A DNA stretch of 64,000 bases from Candidatus Thorarchaeota archaeon (GTDB taxonomy: Archaea; Asgardarchaeota; Thorarchaeia; Thorarchaeales; Thorarchaeaceae). The position numbers and the translations under genes were made by a program. Below, one piece after another: positions 38,796 to 49,013 of this stretch (positions are counted from its first letter, which is position 1; each line of letters opens with the position of its first letter). The notes below the pieces were generated by a model, which was given only the letters and a program-made list of their open reading frames with translations, had not been told where the DNA came from and searched no databases. The DNA lies in contig CAVSBO010000017.1 in assembly GCA_963726195.1 (NCBI GenBank), positions 29,712-93,711 of the forward strand. Reading direction: 5' to 3'.

Positions 38796-40265
38796 ATGTA
38801 CTCTTTGGAAGACACGCATCAGGTTCATGACTTGATACGAGTGTTCAATACGCTTTCCCGCTCAAAGGAAGAGTTCGTACCTCTTGATGGAAGGAATGTC
38901 AGGGTCTACGCATGCGGGCCTACCGTGTACGACTATCCGCACATAGGCAATGCCAGGTCATTCGTCGTGTTTGACACAATTAGACGCTACCTCGAGTACA
39001 GCGGCTACCGTGTGGTCTTCATCACGAATTTCACTGATGTAGATGACAAGATGATTGCTCGGGCCCACGACGAGGGCATTACAGTTCCAGAGCTTGCAGG
39101 CAAGTTCATTGCAGAGTATCAGAAAATCGCCAAGGAACTGAACCTCAAACCTGCAAATGCCAACCCTAGAGCCACAGAACACATCGATGACATGATTGAC
39201 ATGATCAAGCGTATCGTCGACAACGGTGCGGGTTACGTCGTAGGGGGAAATGCCTACTTCGACGTGAGCGCATTCCAAGCGTATGGCAACCTTTCCAAGG
39301 TGCCAATCGATCAGATGACTGCAGAAGCCCGGATAGAACCTGACGAGAACAAACAGGATCCGCGTGACTTTGTACTGTGGAAGACTGAGAAACCGGGCGA
39401 GCCCTCATGGGACAGTCCGTGGGGCAAAGGACGACCCGGTTGGCATGCAGAGTGCTCAGCTATGAGCCGACATTACCTCGGAGTTCCGTTCGACATACAT
39501 GGCGGTGGACAAGACCTGATATTCCCTCACCACGAGAACGAGATTGCACAAACGTCCTCAGCTTACGGAATAGAGACTCCAATCAAGTATTGGCTTCACA
39601 ATGGATTCCTGACTATCAACCAAGAGAAGATGTCGAAATCAGTTGGCAACTTCTTCACTGCTCGCGAAGTCCTTGACCACTATGACCATCAGGCAGTGAG
39701 GTTGTTCCTGATGTCCGCTCAATACCGCCAGCCACTCGACTATAACCCGGATGCGCTAAACCAAGCGACTCAGTCTGTCGAGAAACTTCGAAATGCGCTT
39801 GACCTGCTCGATGGCAGACTATCGCTCGTAGAGAAAGGGAGTGCCAAACCCAGCCAAGCAGATTCGAAGCTTGCTGAAGCGATCAAGAAGGTCAGAGAAG
39901 GCTTTGAGAGGGAGATGGATGATGACTTCAACACTCCCGGTTCCCTAGCGGAAGTGTTCACATTCGTGAAGTCCCTGAACACGTATGTCAGCAAATCTGG
40001 CAAGGCCTCGGTCTTGAGAGAGGCACATTCCGTCTTGGTCGAGCTCATGGGTGTACTTGGAATCGATTTTGAGAAGAAGACGACAGGAGAGGCATCGGTG
40101 AGCGATGAACTGCTTGGGCGGGTAGTTGACCTGTTGCTCCAAATCAGAGAAGAAGCGAGGAAGAGTAAGAACTATCCTCTGTCTGACTGGATAAGGAAAG
40201 GGCTGGCCGAGGTCGGCATCACGGTCTCGGACACTCAGGACGGCCCGACTTGGAAAGCAGAATAG
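38796..40265 (+). CDS. cysS: cysteine--tRNA ligase
   Basis: HIGN (YPHIGNARS) and KMSKS (EKMSKSVGN) class I signatures, the WHAECSAM zinc/Cys-binding region, and full-length colinearity. Confidence 0.95.
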   Translation: MYSLEDTHQVHDLIRVFNTLSRSKEEFVPLDGRNVRVYACGPTVYDYPHIGNARSFVVFDTIRRYLEYSGYRVVFITNFTDVDDKMIARAHDEGITVPELAGKFIAEYQKIAKELNLKPANANPRATEHIDDMIDMIKRIVDNGAGYVVGGNAYFDVSAFQAYGNLSKVPIDQMTAEARIEPDENKQDPRDFVLWKTEKPGEPSWDSPWGKGRPGWHAECSAMSRHYLGVPFDIHGGGQDLIFPHHENEIAQTSSAYGIETPIKYWLHNGFLTINQEKMSKSVGNFFTAREVLDHYDHQAVRLFLMSAQYRQPLDYNPDALNQATQSVEKLRNALDLLDGRLSLVEKGSAKPSQADSKLAEAIKKVREGFEREMDDDFNTPGSLAEVFTFVKSLNTYVSKSGKASVLREAHSVLVELMGVLGIDFEKKTTGEASVSDELLGRVVDLLLQIREEARKSKNYPLSDWIRKGLAEVGITVSDTQDGPTWKAE

Positions 40266-40302
40266 GCACTCGCTTCTTCGGTTAGCGGGTTCTCACGTTC
40301 GT

Positions 40303-40815
40303 TCACGCTCCACCCAGTTCCTGAGCTTTGCCACACGCCCTCTCAGCCTCGTCGTACCTCTTCAGTTCATGCAGGAGGACTCCGAGGTTACTCCATACAA
40401 TTGTATGTTTAGGGTCCAGTTCAAGAGCCTTGCGATACGCCTTCTCAGCCTCATCGTACCTCTTCAGGGTCTTCAGCATGTTTCCAACGTTATTCCATGC
40501 CCGCACATTATTGGGGTCCAGTTCGAGAGCCCGGTGAAGAGCCTCCTCGGCCTCGTCGTATCTCTTCAGAATCGTCAGCACCTTTCCAAGCTTGTCCCAT
40601 GCTTCTACATAATTCAGGTCATGCTCAAGGGCCTTGCGATAGGCCGTCTCAGCCTCGTGGTACATCCTACCAAGACTCATCACGAATCCAAGATTCGTCC
40701 ATGCCTTTGTGTCCGTGATCTCAAATGGCATCGGCATCTTCGGAATAAACGGGGCATATGGAAAGCGCGCCATCAGCCTAGTCGTACCTCCTAAGGTCGC
40801 CCAACGGGGCTCCAA
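40303..40815 (-). CDS. TPR repeat protein (5-prime region apparently degraded)
   Basis: Four near-identical 34-aa units (LKRYDEAE.A.RKALELDP...W.NLG). The start is uncertain: TTG at 40815 or an internal ATG. A further 1.5 TPR units lie upstream in another frame and end in TAG. Confidence 0.7.
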   Translation of the reverse strand: MEPRWATLGGTTRLMARFPYAPFIPKMPMPFEITDTKAWTNLGFVMSLGRMYHEAETAYRKALEHDLNYVEAWDKLGKVLTILKRYDEAEEALHRALELDPNNVRAWNNVGNMLKTLKRYDEAEKAYRKALELDPKHTIVWSNLGVLLHELKRYDEAERACGKAQELGGA

Positions 40816-41208
40816 GCTTATTCCATGCGGTTACGTGCTTAGGGTCCAGTTCCAGAACCCTACGAAACACCTTCTCTGCGCCGCAAAACTCTCCTAGACT
40901 GGTAGAGCCGGGATGAAACAGAGACCAGTTCTTCCCTGATCATATGAATCCTCCTCTCAGCACGTCATGGCACGGTTGTCGCCATACCGAGGTGAGCGCA
41001 CTAATTAGCATTGTGGCCGTATAGACGACGAAGTCATGTTCATCCAGTTGTTCAGTCTTCCCAGCTCTTGATACCGTAGGCAGTTGATACAACACAGACT
41101 GGCAGTATCTTGCGGACTATGATTCAATACCCCGAGTTCAGGACAGCAGAAGTCCTCTAGAGGCCGCCGCAAGGAATCAGCTGTACGGCATGGGTGCCTG
41201 CTTCTTTT

Positions 41209-42597
41209 CTACTTCTTACTAATCTGATGCTTGACGCTTACGTACAACCCGGCATTGTCCAAGATGAAGACACGTGGGTCAGGGTTCTCCTTCAAGAACC
41301 TGTGCATCAGCTCTCGAAGAACTCGCTGGGCGTCTGCCGGGTTACGAGGATTCAACCCCTCCATTCTGTAGATATCGCTCAGCATCTTTGGATCGAGCTG
41401 GGTCACCACTTTGATGTTCCTCTCGGCAACGTCCAGTAGAATCCTGAAGAGGTCGGGGACTTTCTGATTGCCAATCTGGAAGGTCTTCTCTGAACAGTCG
41501 TGCTCAATGCAGTACTTGAGAGCATCCTTAACCTTCATGCCAACCGTCGCTTTGATAGAATTCTCATAGCCCGAGCTCCCTATCCCTTCCTGACAAGGAG
41601 GTAGAAGGACAATCCATCCCTTGAGATCGTGGCGAACTCCGTTCCATGCGGCATGAATTCCTTTGCCCGCTTGATAGAGGTTGATGCCTAGGTCACCTAC
41701 AGATACGAATACAATATCGGCTGGCTCATCAACATCGACAACGCTGAGTTTCTTCAACGGTGCTGATGCTGCCTTGTGGCACTCTATGATATCGCCCGCC
41801 TGCACGTAGACAATCTTGCCCTGGTCCACAATCGTATCGATACAGAAAATGGGAATGCGTGTTGCCATCTGTCGTGTGATGTCAATCATGTCTTGGATTA
41901 CGGGATTGCCTTCAGTGTTGCCAAGTCTGCACTCAGGCTTGAATCCCTTCTCGAGGTCGAACATTCTCGGATGATTGACTCGCACTGTCTCGCGTCCTGC
42001 AACTCCTGGGCAGAATAGCTTGACCGTACCAGCCTGACCAGCGAAGTAATGATACTCCGAGTCGCTCAGGACGATTATCAGACATGAGTCGAGCACCTTC
42101 TGGTCGATGAGAATTGGTGTGCCCATTTTCGTCTTTCCCACATCACGGTTTCCTGAGTCACAATCATGAGTGAGAACGTTGGCTTTCCAGTCCTTGTAGA
42201 TCTCTGAACCCAGGACCTTGTTCTCAATGGGATCCGGCTTCGGAGGTCCGTGAGTGCCACTTGAGATCATAATCGCTATGTCTTCCTTACGTACTCCGAG
42301 CCCTAATAGACGCGCAGTAAGGATCGGTAGCAACGCCCGAGTGTGAATGTTTGGTCTCGTGTTATCATCCACGAGAAACACAATCCTCTTGCCTTTCGAG
42401 TAGACTTTCTTCACCACCTCATCAAAGGGTTTGGTACCCAACGGTTTGGCCAAAACCTCATTGAGGCGGGGCTTGAAATCAGCGAAGTCAGGCTTGTATC
42501 CTGCAGCGCGCAGAATTGCCAGCTTCTTCACACTTGACGGAATGAACTCGTCTATTGTCAGAGTGCCGTATTTCAGTGGCGTCTTCTGGTACGACAT
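41209..42597 (-). CDS. LarA-like nickel-dependent racemase family protein (DUF2088)
   Basis: FLVDDNTRP and SSGTHGP motifs, and N-terminal LKYG..(x)..IP, typical of the lactate racemase N-terminal domain. I set the start at Met39 of the tracked ORF (ATG 42597). Confidence 0.75.
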   Translation of the reverse strand: MSYQKTPLKYGTLTIDEFIPSSVKKLAILRAAGYKPDFADFKPRLNEVLAKPLGTKPFDEVVKKVYSKGKRIVFLVDDNTRPNIHTRALLPILTARLLGLGVRKEDIAIMISSGTHGPPKPDPIENKVLGSEIYKDWKANVLTHDCDSGNRDVGKTKMGTPILIDQKVLDSCLIIVLSDSEYHYFAGQAGTVKLFCPGVAGRETVRVNHPRMFDLEKGFKPECRLGNTEGNPVIQDMIDITRQMATRIPIFCIDTIVDQGKIVYVQAGDIIECHKAASAPLKKLSVVDVDEPADIVFVSVGDLGINLYQAGKGIHAAWNGVRHDLKGWIVLLPPCQEGIGSSGYENSIKATVGMKVKDALKYCIEHDCSEKTFQIGNQKVPDLFRILLDVAERNIKVVTQLDPKMLSDIYRMEGLNPRNPADAQRVLRELMHRFLKENPDPRVFILDNAGLYVSVKHQISKK

Positions 42598-43084
42598 GCG
42601 ATTACCGATATTCCGATGCTTGGGTGAGGGATAACAATTGCGGTCGTTCTGTTCGTCGGAGCATGGACTAAGCCAGCGTGATTGTAGACGTGACTCGAAA
42701 GCTCTAGCCAATCCGACATGTCTGGAATGACTCGCGTACTTGCGGCCCCCATATCATTGCCGTCGTGATGGCGTATTGAATGAAGGTCTGAAAAATCCTG
42801 GAGGAAGAACTGTGAAAATTCAGGGCGGAAACGGCCTCACAAGGCTTAAATCCAAACTTGCCCAATGGTAATACTGGGGGAATAGGAGTTCTCGGCCGAA
42901 TGTCGATTCGGGGGCACAAACTTTATAAGTGTAGTTACGCGAGTATATAAAACTGACGGAATTAAGCGGTACTTGCCTCGGAAATCATCCTAACAGCACG
43001 CCCAAGGTCGTGTTTTCGCTGTATGTATGGAGACACAGCAATTGCCGCCTGAATTCGCGAGAGAACGGAGAGAGGTGTAGGATT

Positions 43085-44050
43085 ATGGCCACCAAAGCAA
43101 GCCAACCAAACAAGCAGGGACACCATGCCCATGCCAATTCCGGCTTCACATGTCCGGAGTGCGGCGGACATGAAGTAGTCCAAGACATTGAGAAAGGGGA
43201 GAGAATCTGTGCAAGCTGTGGACTAGTCGTAAGCGAACACCGCATCGACACAGGTCCTGAGTGGAGGGCATTCACATCCGAGGAAAAAGACTCTCGGTCA
43301 AGAGCGGGAGCTCCGACCAACTATTCGATTCATGATAAGGGTCTCTCGACCATGATTGACTGGCGAGATCATGACTCCCAAGGCAAGAGGTTCACGGCAA
43401 AGAAGCGTTCAGAAATCTATCGGCTTCGTAAGTGGCAGATTAGAACTAGGGTTCACAGTTCTGTCGACAGGAATCTCGCTCAAGCCATGTCGGAACTTGA
43501 CAGGCTCTCATCTCAGCTAGGACTCACCAAGGGAATTAAGGAATTAGCAGCACTGCTCTACAGGAAGCTCATTGTGAAGAGACTCGCGCGCAGCCGGTCG
43601 ATAGACGCCATGGTTGGCGCCTCAATCTACGCAGCGTGCAGACTCAGAATGGCTCCTCGCTCACTTGAGGAAATATCAAGGTACTCTCGGGTTAGCAAGA
43701 AGAAGATAGGCCAACATTACAGACTGCTCGTTGAGAAGCTCAAGCTCAAGATGCCCATATCAGACCCCGCTAACTACGTGCCTAGATTCATGACCGACCT
43801 CAGTCTGCCAGGATATGTGCAGCAGAAGGTCTTGGAGATCCTCGAACAAGCGAAGAACAACAAGAGCCTTGTAACCGGTCGTGATCCAAGAGGACTCGCA
43901 GCTGCGGCAATCTACATTGCATCGATTCTGATGGATCATCGCGTGACACAGCGCGATATCGCTATTGCTGCTGGGGTCACTGAGGTTACAGTTCGCAATA
44001 GGTACAAAGAGCTAGTCGCCAAGCTCGGGATCACAATGGCCGCACAGTGA
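43085..44050 (+). CDS. tfb: transcription initiation factor IIB (TFB)
   Basis: N-terminal zinc ribbon CPECGG...CASCG, a B-finger/linker, and two cyclin-fold repeats. The ATG at 43085 is preceded by GGAGAGAGGTG; the GTG at 43010 was rejected. Confidence 0.9.
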   Translation: MATKASQPNKQGHHAHANSGFTCPECGGHEVVQDIEKGERICASCGLVVSEHRIDTGPEWRAFTSEEKDSRSRAGAPTNYSIHDKGLSTMIDWRDHDSQGKRFTAKKRSEIYRLRKWQIRTRVHSSVDRNLAQAMSELDRLSSQLGLTKGIKELAALLYRKLIVKRLARSRSIDAMVGASIYAACRLRMAPRSLEEISRYSRVSKKKIGQHYRLLVEKLKLKMPISDPANYVPRFMTDLSLPGYVQQKVLEILEQAKNNKSLVTGRDPRGLAAAAIYIASILMDHRVTQRDIAIAAGVTEVTVRNRYKELVAKLGITMAAQ

Positions 44051-44064
44051 GCGCTACTGCACCT

Positions 44065-44096
44065 GAGCATAGCAGGCAGAACATGCTTCTATGCTC
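44065..44096. other. 8-bp-stem hairpin between convergent tfb and NUDIX genes
   Basis: GAGCATAG (44065-44072) pairs with CTATGCTC (44089-44096) across a 16-nt loop. A role as a bidirectional terminator is inference only. Confidence 0.3.
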
Positions 44097-44163
44097 GGGG
44101 CAATCCTTTGTCCTTGACTGGACATCCAAGTCTGTTTGCCCTTTTGATATCTCCTGACGAGCA

Positions 44164-44823
44164 TTAGAGACCAAGCTTCTCCAGAGCCTCGAAGAAGGAC
44201 TTGGTCAGGAACGCTCTGTACTTGAATCCGCCCATTCCCGATTTCTTCATGAGTTTGGTCACCGGGCCGAGGAGTTGCTCCTTCGTCATGACAGTTATGC
44301 CTGAAATCTCGTGAGAGTCGATGGGCTTCATCTCCCCGCCCGCTTTGTCTGCGAGGAAGACCAGTGACCGCCAGGGAATCGTCTCTTTCCCGCAGTGGAC
44401 CGTGAGAGACATATCCAACACGAACTTGATGAGACGTATCTCCAAACCCGTTTCCTCATGCATCTCGCGACTCGCTCCTTCCTCTATGGTCTCTCCCGGA
44501 TGTGCCCCGCCTGAAGGAGCTCTGTAGATGCCAGTGCCTGAGTAGGCAGGCTTCTGAATTACTACATATCCGCCATCGCTCTTGATGAAACAAGTGATGT
44601 CGTGATTACGACCCTTTGACGTACTTCCTCTGATCAGCTCGCATTCAGGCTCGAGAAAATCGACTTCGAACTTGAGCCTTCTCGGCCGCCCGTATTTGTC
44701 TGCAAGGGCATCCACCTCGGAGGCACTAATATCAGTAGGGGTAATCACAGGATTCTGAAGTAAAACAAGGTACAAAAAGACCTGCCGGACAACTGCAGGT
44801 CGCTGCTGTTCTATTAGCCTCAA
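44164..44823 (-). CDS. NUDIX hydrolase
   Basis: Complete Nudix box GGAHPGETIEEGASREMHEETGL (Gx5Ex7REUxEExGU). TTG start. Confidence 0.8.
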   Translation of the reverse strand: MRLIEQQRPAVVRQVFLYLVLLQNPVITPTDISASEVDALADKYGRPRRLKFEVDFLEPECELIRGSTSKGRNHDITCFIKSDGGYVVIQKPAYSGTGIYRAPSGGAHPGETIEEGASREMHEETGLEIRLIKFVLDMSLTVHCGKETIPWRSLVFLADKAGGEMKPIDSHEISGITVMTKEQLLGPVTKLMKKSGMGGFKYRAFLTKSFFEALEKLGL

Positions 44824-44878
44824 TTCAACAGCCTTTTACGATTAGGCGTCAATTTGTCTAGCGATTGTAGCGAGGATT

Positions 44879-45412
44879 GTGGAATTGAAAATCAAGATTG
44901 AAGACACAGAAGTTGAGACTGTTATTGGTGACATAACCAAGGTCTCAGTGGAAGCGATTGCCAATGCAGCCAATACCGACCTTTGGATGGGTTCAGGCGT
45001 TGCAGGTGCTATCAAACATGCCGGAGGCGAGCAAATCGAGAAAGAGGCGGTGGCTCAGGGACCCATCAAGGCTGGGGGGGCAGTAATCACTTCAGGAGGC
45101 AAGCTGTCGGCACACTATGTCATTCACTGCGCCGGGATGCCCCCGGGAGGCGGCGCCTCTTACTCTAGGGTTAAGGCTTCGGTGCTTGCAGGTCTGAGAC
45201 TTGCTTCTTCAAAGGGCGTTCGCTCAATTGCCTTTCCTGCAATAGGGGCAGGAGTTGGCGGCTTACCGGGTGAGGAGTCTGCCAGTGCTATCGTAGCGGC
45301 GGTCAAAGAGCATTCGAAACATCCGGGTTCCGTTCGCCGAATTGTGCTTGTAGCATTCGATGCATCAATCGCCCAGAACTTCGATGACGCTCTGAAGGGT
45401 CTCCAGAGGTGA
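44879..45412 (+). CDS. macro domain protein (ADP-ribose binding/hydrolase)
   Basis: VEAIANAANTDLWMGSGVAGAI, VIHCAG and IAFPAIGAGVGGLP match the macro domain signatures. Confidence 0.8.
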   Translation: MELKIKIEDTEVETVIGDITKVSVEAIANAANTDLWMGSGVAGAIKHAGGEQIEKEAVAQGPIKAGGAVITSGGKLSAHYVIHCAGMPPGGGASYSRVKASVLAGLRLASSKGVRSIAFPAIGAGVGGLPGEESASAIVAAVKEHSKHPGSVRRIVLVAFDASIAQNFDDALKGLQR

Positions 45413-45906
45413 CCTCCTTGAACGAGTGGTCAATGAATGGCATGCTCGTCAAGCTTGAGAACGGACCTTACGATGACACGAACTTAGACTATGTTCTGAA
45501 GAGCAAAAGCATTGGATATATGCCGCTGCAAGCCGGAGGATTGTTTACTGGCAAGGTCGGTCCTGCTATTCAGGTGCAAGAGATGGCACTTGCGAAGAAG
45601 GTCGCATATTGGCCACAAGTTTCTCTCAAGGACTTCGGGAGACGGACAATCATATACGAAGCCGCTAAGAAGGCGCTCGAAGAAGCTAACAACTTCGAGG
45701 CTAGTGAAGTGGGTTTCTTTACGGTCGGGCTCGAAGTGGCGGGAGTTCCGAGCTGGGAGGTCGCTGAGGAAATTGTCAGGGCAGTCCATGAGCACTCAGC
45801 TAAGAAAGGAACAATCGGTAGGACCGTGCTTGTTGCTAGTTCTCCCATCCAAGTCAGTTCATTCCAGTACGCCTTGAACAATCTAGTACTCCTAACTCGG
45901 GAGTGA
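45409..45906 (+). CDS. divergent macro-like protein (hypothetical)
   Basis: The GTG start overlaps the upstream stop by 4 nt. There is weak colinearity with macro motifs (LDYVLKS..., AGGLFTGKVGPAI, VGFFTVGLEVAGVP), but the catalytic-site residues are not conserved. Confidence 0.4.
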   Translation: MTSLNEWSMNGMLVKLENGPYDDTNLDYVLKSKSIGYMPLQAGGLFTGKVGPAIQVQEMALAKKVAYWPQVSLKDFGRRTIIYEAAKKALEEANNFEASEVGFFTVGLEVAGVPSWEVAEEIVRAVHEHSAKKGTIGRTVLVASSPIQVSSFQYALNNLVLLTRE

Positions 45907-45913
45907 TTGGCGG

Positions 45914-47302
45914 TCAAGTCTTTAGCCTACGCTTTGCCGCATCTGCTGATGTGACCAAGGGATCCCAAGTGTCGCAAACGGGAGGAGCGTAGCAGTTCTC
46001 AAAATCGAAAAGACCTTTCGCATCAATCGAGTTCTGAATACCTATCGTAATCACATTCAGTCTCATAGCGGCGTCTTCTGTCCCTACAACCTGCCCTCCG
46101 ACGAGTTTGCCGGTCTGCTTGTCGAAGAACGTCTTGACCTTGATATCCTTACCTCCAACGAAGTATGGAGGCTTTGTGCTTCCCTTGATTGAACCCTTCA
46201 CAACTTCTATCTCGAAGCGCTTGGCAAGCTCCTCAGACAGACCCGTGCTTGCAATCTCAAGTCCGAAGATCTTGGTCACCTTCGCACCGACAATCCCCGG
46301 GAACTTTTCGTCTCCTCCTGCGGCGTTGATTCCTGCAACGCGACCCTGCCTAACGGCAATCGTGCCTAGGCCCATTGACATGGGCTTTCGCGTAATGAAA
46401 TCAACATTCTCTGCACAATCTCCGCACGCATAGATGTCCTTGACGTTGGTCATCATTCTTTCGTCGGTCTTTATCCCTCTAGTCGACCCAATCTCTACTC
46501 CAATCTTCTGCGCCAATTCCGTGACAGGCCTAACACCAGTCGATACAACAACAGCATCTGCCTTTACTTCGAGAGTCTCCTGTGTGTCTCTCTTTACAAC
46601 CTTTACTGCTTTTGGCGCTATGTCACCAAGTATCTCCTGAGCCGCAGCATTGGTCAGTATCTCTAGCCCTTGTGCTCTGCAATGTTCCTCGACAATCTCA
46701 GCCATATCAGGATCTACCATCGCGAGCAGAACGTTGGGCAGGAATTCAACAACAGTAACATGGACACCTCGCTCGTGAAGGGCCTCGGCGGTCTCCATGC
46801 CTGCAACTCCTCCGCCGATAACTACGACACTTTTCGCCTTTGTTGCCTCAAGCGAGAGAGCCTTGGCATCGGGGATGGTTCTAATGCCATAGACTCGCTT
46901 CTTGTCAAGCCCCTTAATCGGGGGGTCAGCGTTTCGAGCGCCAGTTGCAAACACCAAGGCGTCGTAGTCCGCTTTGCCGCCCCCAGCCTTTCCTCTGTAC
47001 TCGATCCGACGCGACTTAGCATCGATATCCATGACTGTGGTGGCTAAGCGAGCATCTATGCCCAACCCATCCCAGCTTTCCGGCGGGGTCAGTACTAGGT
47101 CCTCAAAATCGTGCACCTTTCCTGATATCGTATAGGGAAGACCGCACCTTGAGTACTGGGAATAGGATTCTGAGTTGAACATGGTGATTGAGACCTTGCG
47201 GTTGAACTTCCTTGCCTGCATGGCCGCGGTGGCTCCAGCCGCACCGCATCCAACTATGACTATTCTATCGACCACTGTGATGTTCGCCTCTGGGTTAGGC
47301 AA
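45914..47302 (-). CDS. CoA-disulfide reductase / NADH oxidase family FAD-dependent oxidoreductase
   Basis: FAD motif IVIVGCGAAGATAA, redox-active single Cys motif YSRCGLPY, and NAD motif VVVIGGGVAGME. Confidence 0.85.
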   Translation of the reverse strand: MPNPEANITVVDRIVIVGCGAAGATAAMQARKFNRKVSITMFNSESYSQYSRCGLPYTISGKVHDFEDLVLTPPESWDGLGIDARLATTVMDIDAKSRRIEYRGKAGGGKADYDALVFATGARNADPPIKGLDKKRVYGIRTIPDAKALSLEATKAKSVVVIGGGVAGMETAEALHERGVHVTVVEFLPNVLLAMVDPDMAEIVEEHCRAQGLEILTNAAAQEILGDIAPKAVKVVKRDTQETLEVKADAVVVSTGVRPVTELAQKIGVEIGSTRGIKTDERMMTNVKDIYACGDCAENVDFITRKPMSMGLGTIAVRQGRVAGINAAGGDEKFPGIVGAKVTKIFGLEIASTGLSEELAKRFEIEVVKGSIKGSTKPPYFVGGKDIKVKTFFDKQTGKLVGGQVVGTEDAAMRLNVITIGIQNSIDAKGLFDFENCYAPPVCDTWDPLVTSADAAKRRLKT

Positions 47303-47485
47303 CAGAGGAAATCAGTTGTAGAGACACCCATTCTTCAAGTTTTAGGAATCAACGAAGCTGACTGCATGAACAAATGACCAATGTCTATGGCGGCCTTTGC
47401 AGGATTCGTCAGGAGGAGTGCAATCTGTGCCCGACCATTCCTGCAACCTTGGCCTATGTCGTTGTGTATCACGCGAGGACTGCAA

Positions 47486-48926
47486 TTAGGAAGACTTGTC
47501 TTCCTTCTCGTCGGGTTCCTCAGGCTCAGGGGCACTCTTTTCTTCTTCGGGTTCTTCGGCCTGTTCGCCACCTTTCTCCTCTTCTGCTGCTGACACACGC
47601 TCCTCCTCTGTTGGCATCAGGGGCTTGCCAGCCTCAAGTGTTTGACGCAGTTTCCCTATCTGGCTCTTGCGAGCGAAATAGAGAGCAAAAATTACGCCAA
47701 CCGAGAGAGCGGCGGTCACAATAGACAGTGTTATCTGCCACTGGCTTGATCCGAAACCGAGTAGCTGGTCCCAAGTCACCAACAGGAAACCCAGCCCAGC
47801 CAAGTTCATTGCAAAGCTTCGAATTGGTGTCTCTATCTTCGTGACCTCGACGACACTGGTGTCAACCAATGCGGCTCCAATAACGCCGGAATTGTAGTTG
47901 TTCGACTTCGTACTCTTTGAGATCTTCCGAATAGACAGTGCCTTCTTCTTGCTCAAAAGCCTAAGAACGGAGTCAACCTTAGACGTCAGAAGCTCTGCAT
48001 AAGTCCTCTTCGCGTCATCAGTCTCAGTGCCGCATTTCTTGCACTTATCCAGACCACGATCCCACTTCGTCTTGCACTTGGGACAGACATCTTGCTTCCA
48101 TGCGTCAGGCGCAACCTCTCTCAACCTCTGCTTGATAATGTACCCGCTGACGCCATCTTTGGATTCGTCCTTGCCCTTCTTCTTGGTTTTCATCTGTTTT
48201 ACTATCGAGAAGAGCAATGGGAGAGCGCCAAGCACTGTTAGATTGGGCAGGGAACGAATCTCTGAAGCCTTTTTCTGAATGGTTCGAAACTTAGAGGCCG
48301 CCTTGAGACCGTCAATAAGACTGTAGAAGTTGTTGCCAATACCCCAGACTGCCCCTGCAGTTACCACCGTCGTAGCAATCCCGGCCACCGATGTGAACAC
48401 AGACGAAGGGACAAACACGTAGAACGAACCGGGGAGGTGATACACCGTAGAGTTGCCCATCTCGTTGTAGAAGAAGTCCACAGAAGCCTGGAAGAGAACC
48501 AGTCACAAGTTGAATCCCGCCGGACATCAAAAGCTGACCAAAGTTGAAATCTGCCGCAGGAGCCGTTATGTTAACATGTGTAGGAACTAAGACGAATGTT
48601 TGGTTGGTGCTCGGATCGCGGACATGAATGGTCAGTATGGCGATGCCTTGGTAGTAGAATATTATGTTAGCGCTCACATTGAGAGCCAATGTATCGGTGT
48701 TGTTTAGGCGAAGCGCCATGTGCATTGGACCTGTCATGTTAAGCTGAATCGGATTGTCAGAAGACGCCGTGGTAATCGGCCTCCCATTCAGCCCAATGTA
48801 CACCGACAGACGGGCATCACTAATCCACCCGGGCGTTGCCTGGGCGACACGAGGTGAAACAGCCAACACAATAACTAGAAGGACAACAGAACAAGACAGA
48901 AGGAGTCTAGGACGTGAGCGTGCCAT
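47486..48926 (-). CDS. secreted/membrane protein with internal zinc ribbon and acidic tail; frame apparently split
   Basis: ORF 48312-48926 has a signal peptide and a beta-rich ectodomain. Its last ~50 codons are Cys/Arg/Gly junk. The overlapping ORF 47486-48481 starts (GTG) exactly where sense is lost and continues with TM helices, CPKCKTK...CKKCG, more TMs and a Glu-rich tail. Confidence 0.5.
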
Positions 48927-49013
48927 CGAATATCAACTCTCATCAGCGAGCCGCTTTATCCGGAATGAAATCTAGCCTGCACAAAAGGGTTTTGGCTTTT
49001 CTCGCCTTTGCGT

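Noticed and set aside
40778-40780. In-frame TAG in the TPR remnant (and TAG at 54754 in the mutS relic) as pyrrolysine recoding
   Set aside because: Both occur in regions with additional frame or stop defects. No pyl genes or PYLIS-like context are visible, so decay or error is the simpler reading.
43010-43084. GTG start extending TFB by 25 codons (MFSLYVWRHSNCRLNS...)
   Set aside because: The extension is not protein-like and precedes the conserved zinc ribbon by too much. The ATG at 43085 has a GGAGAGAGGTG element just upstream.
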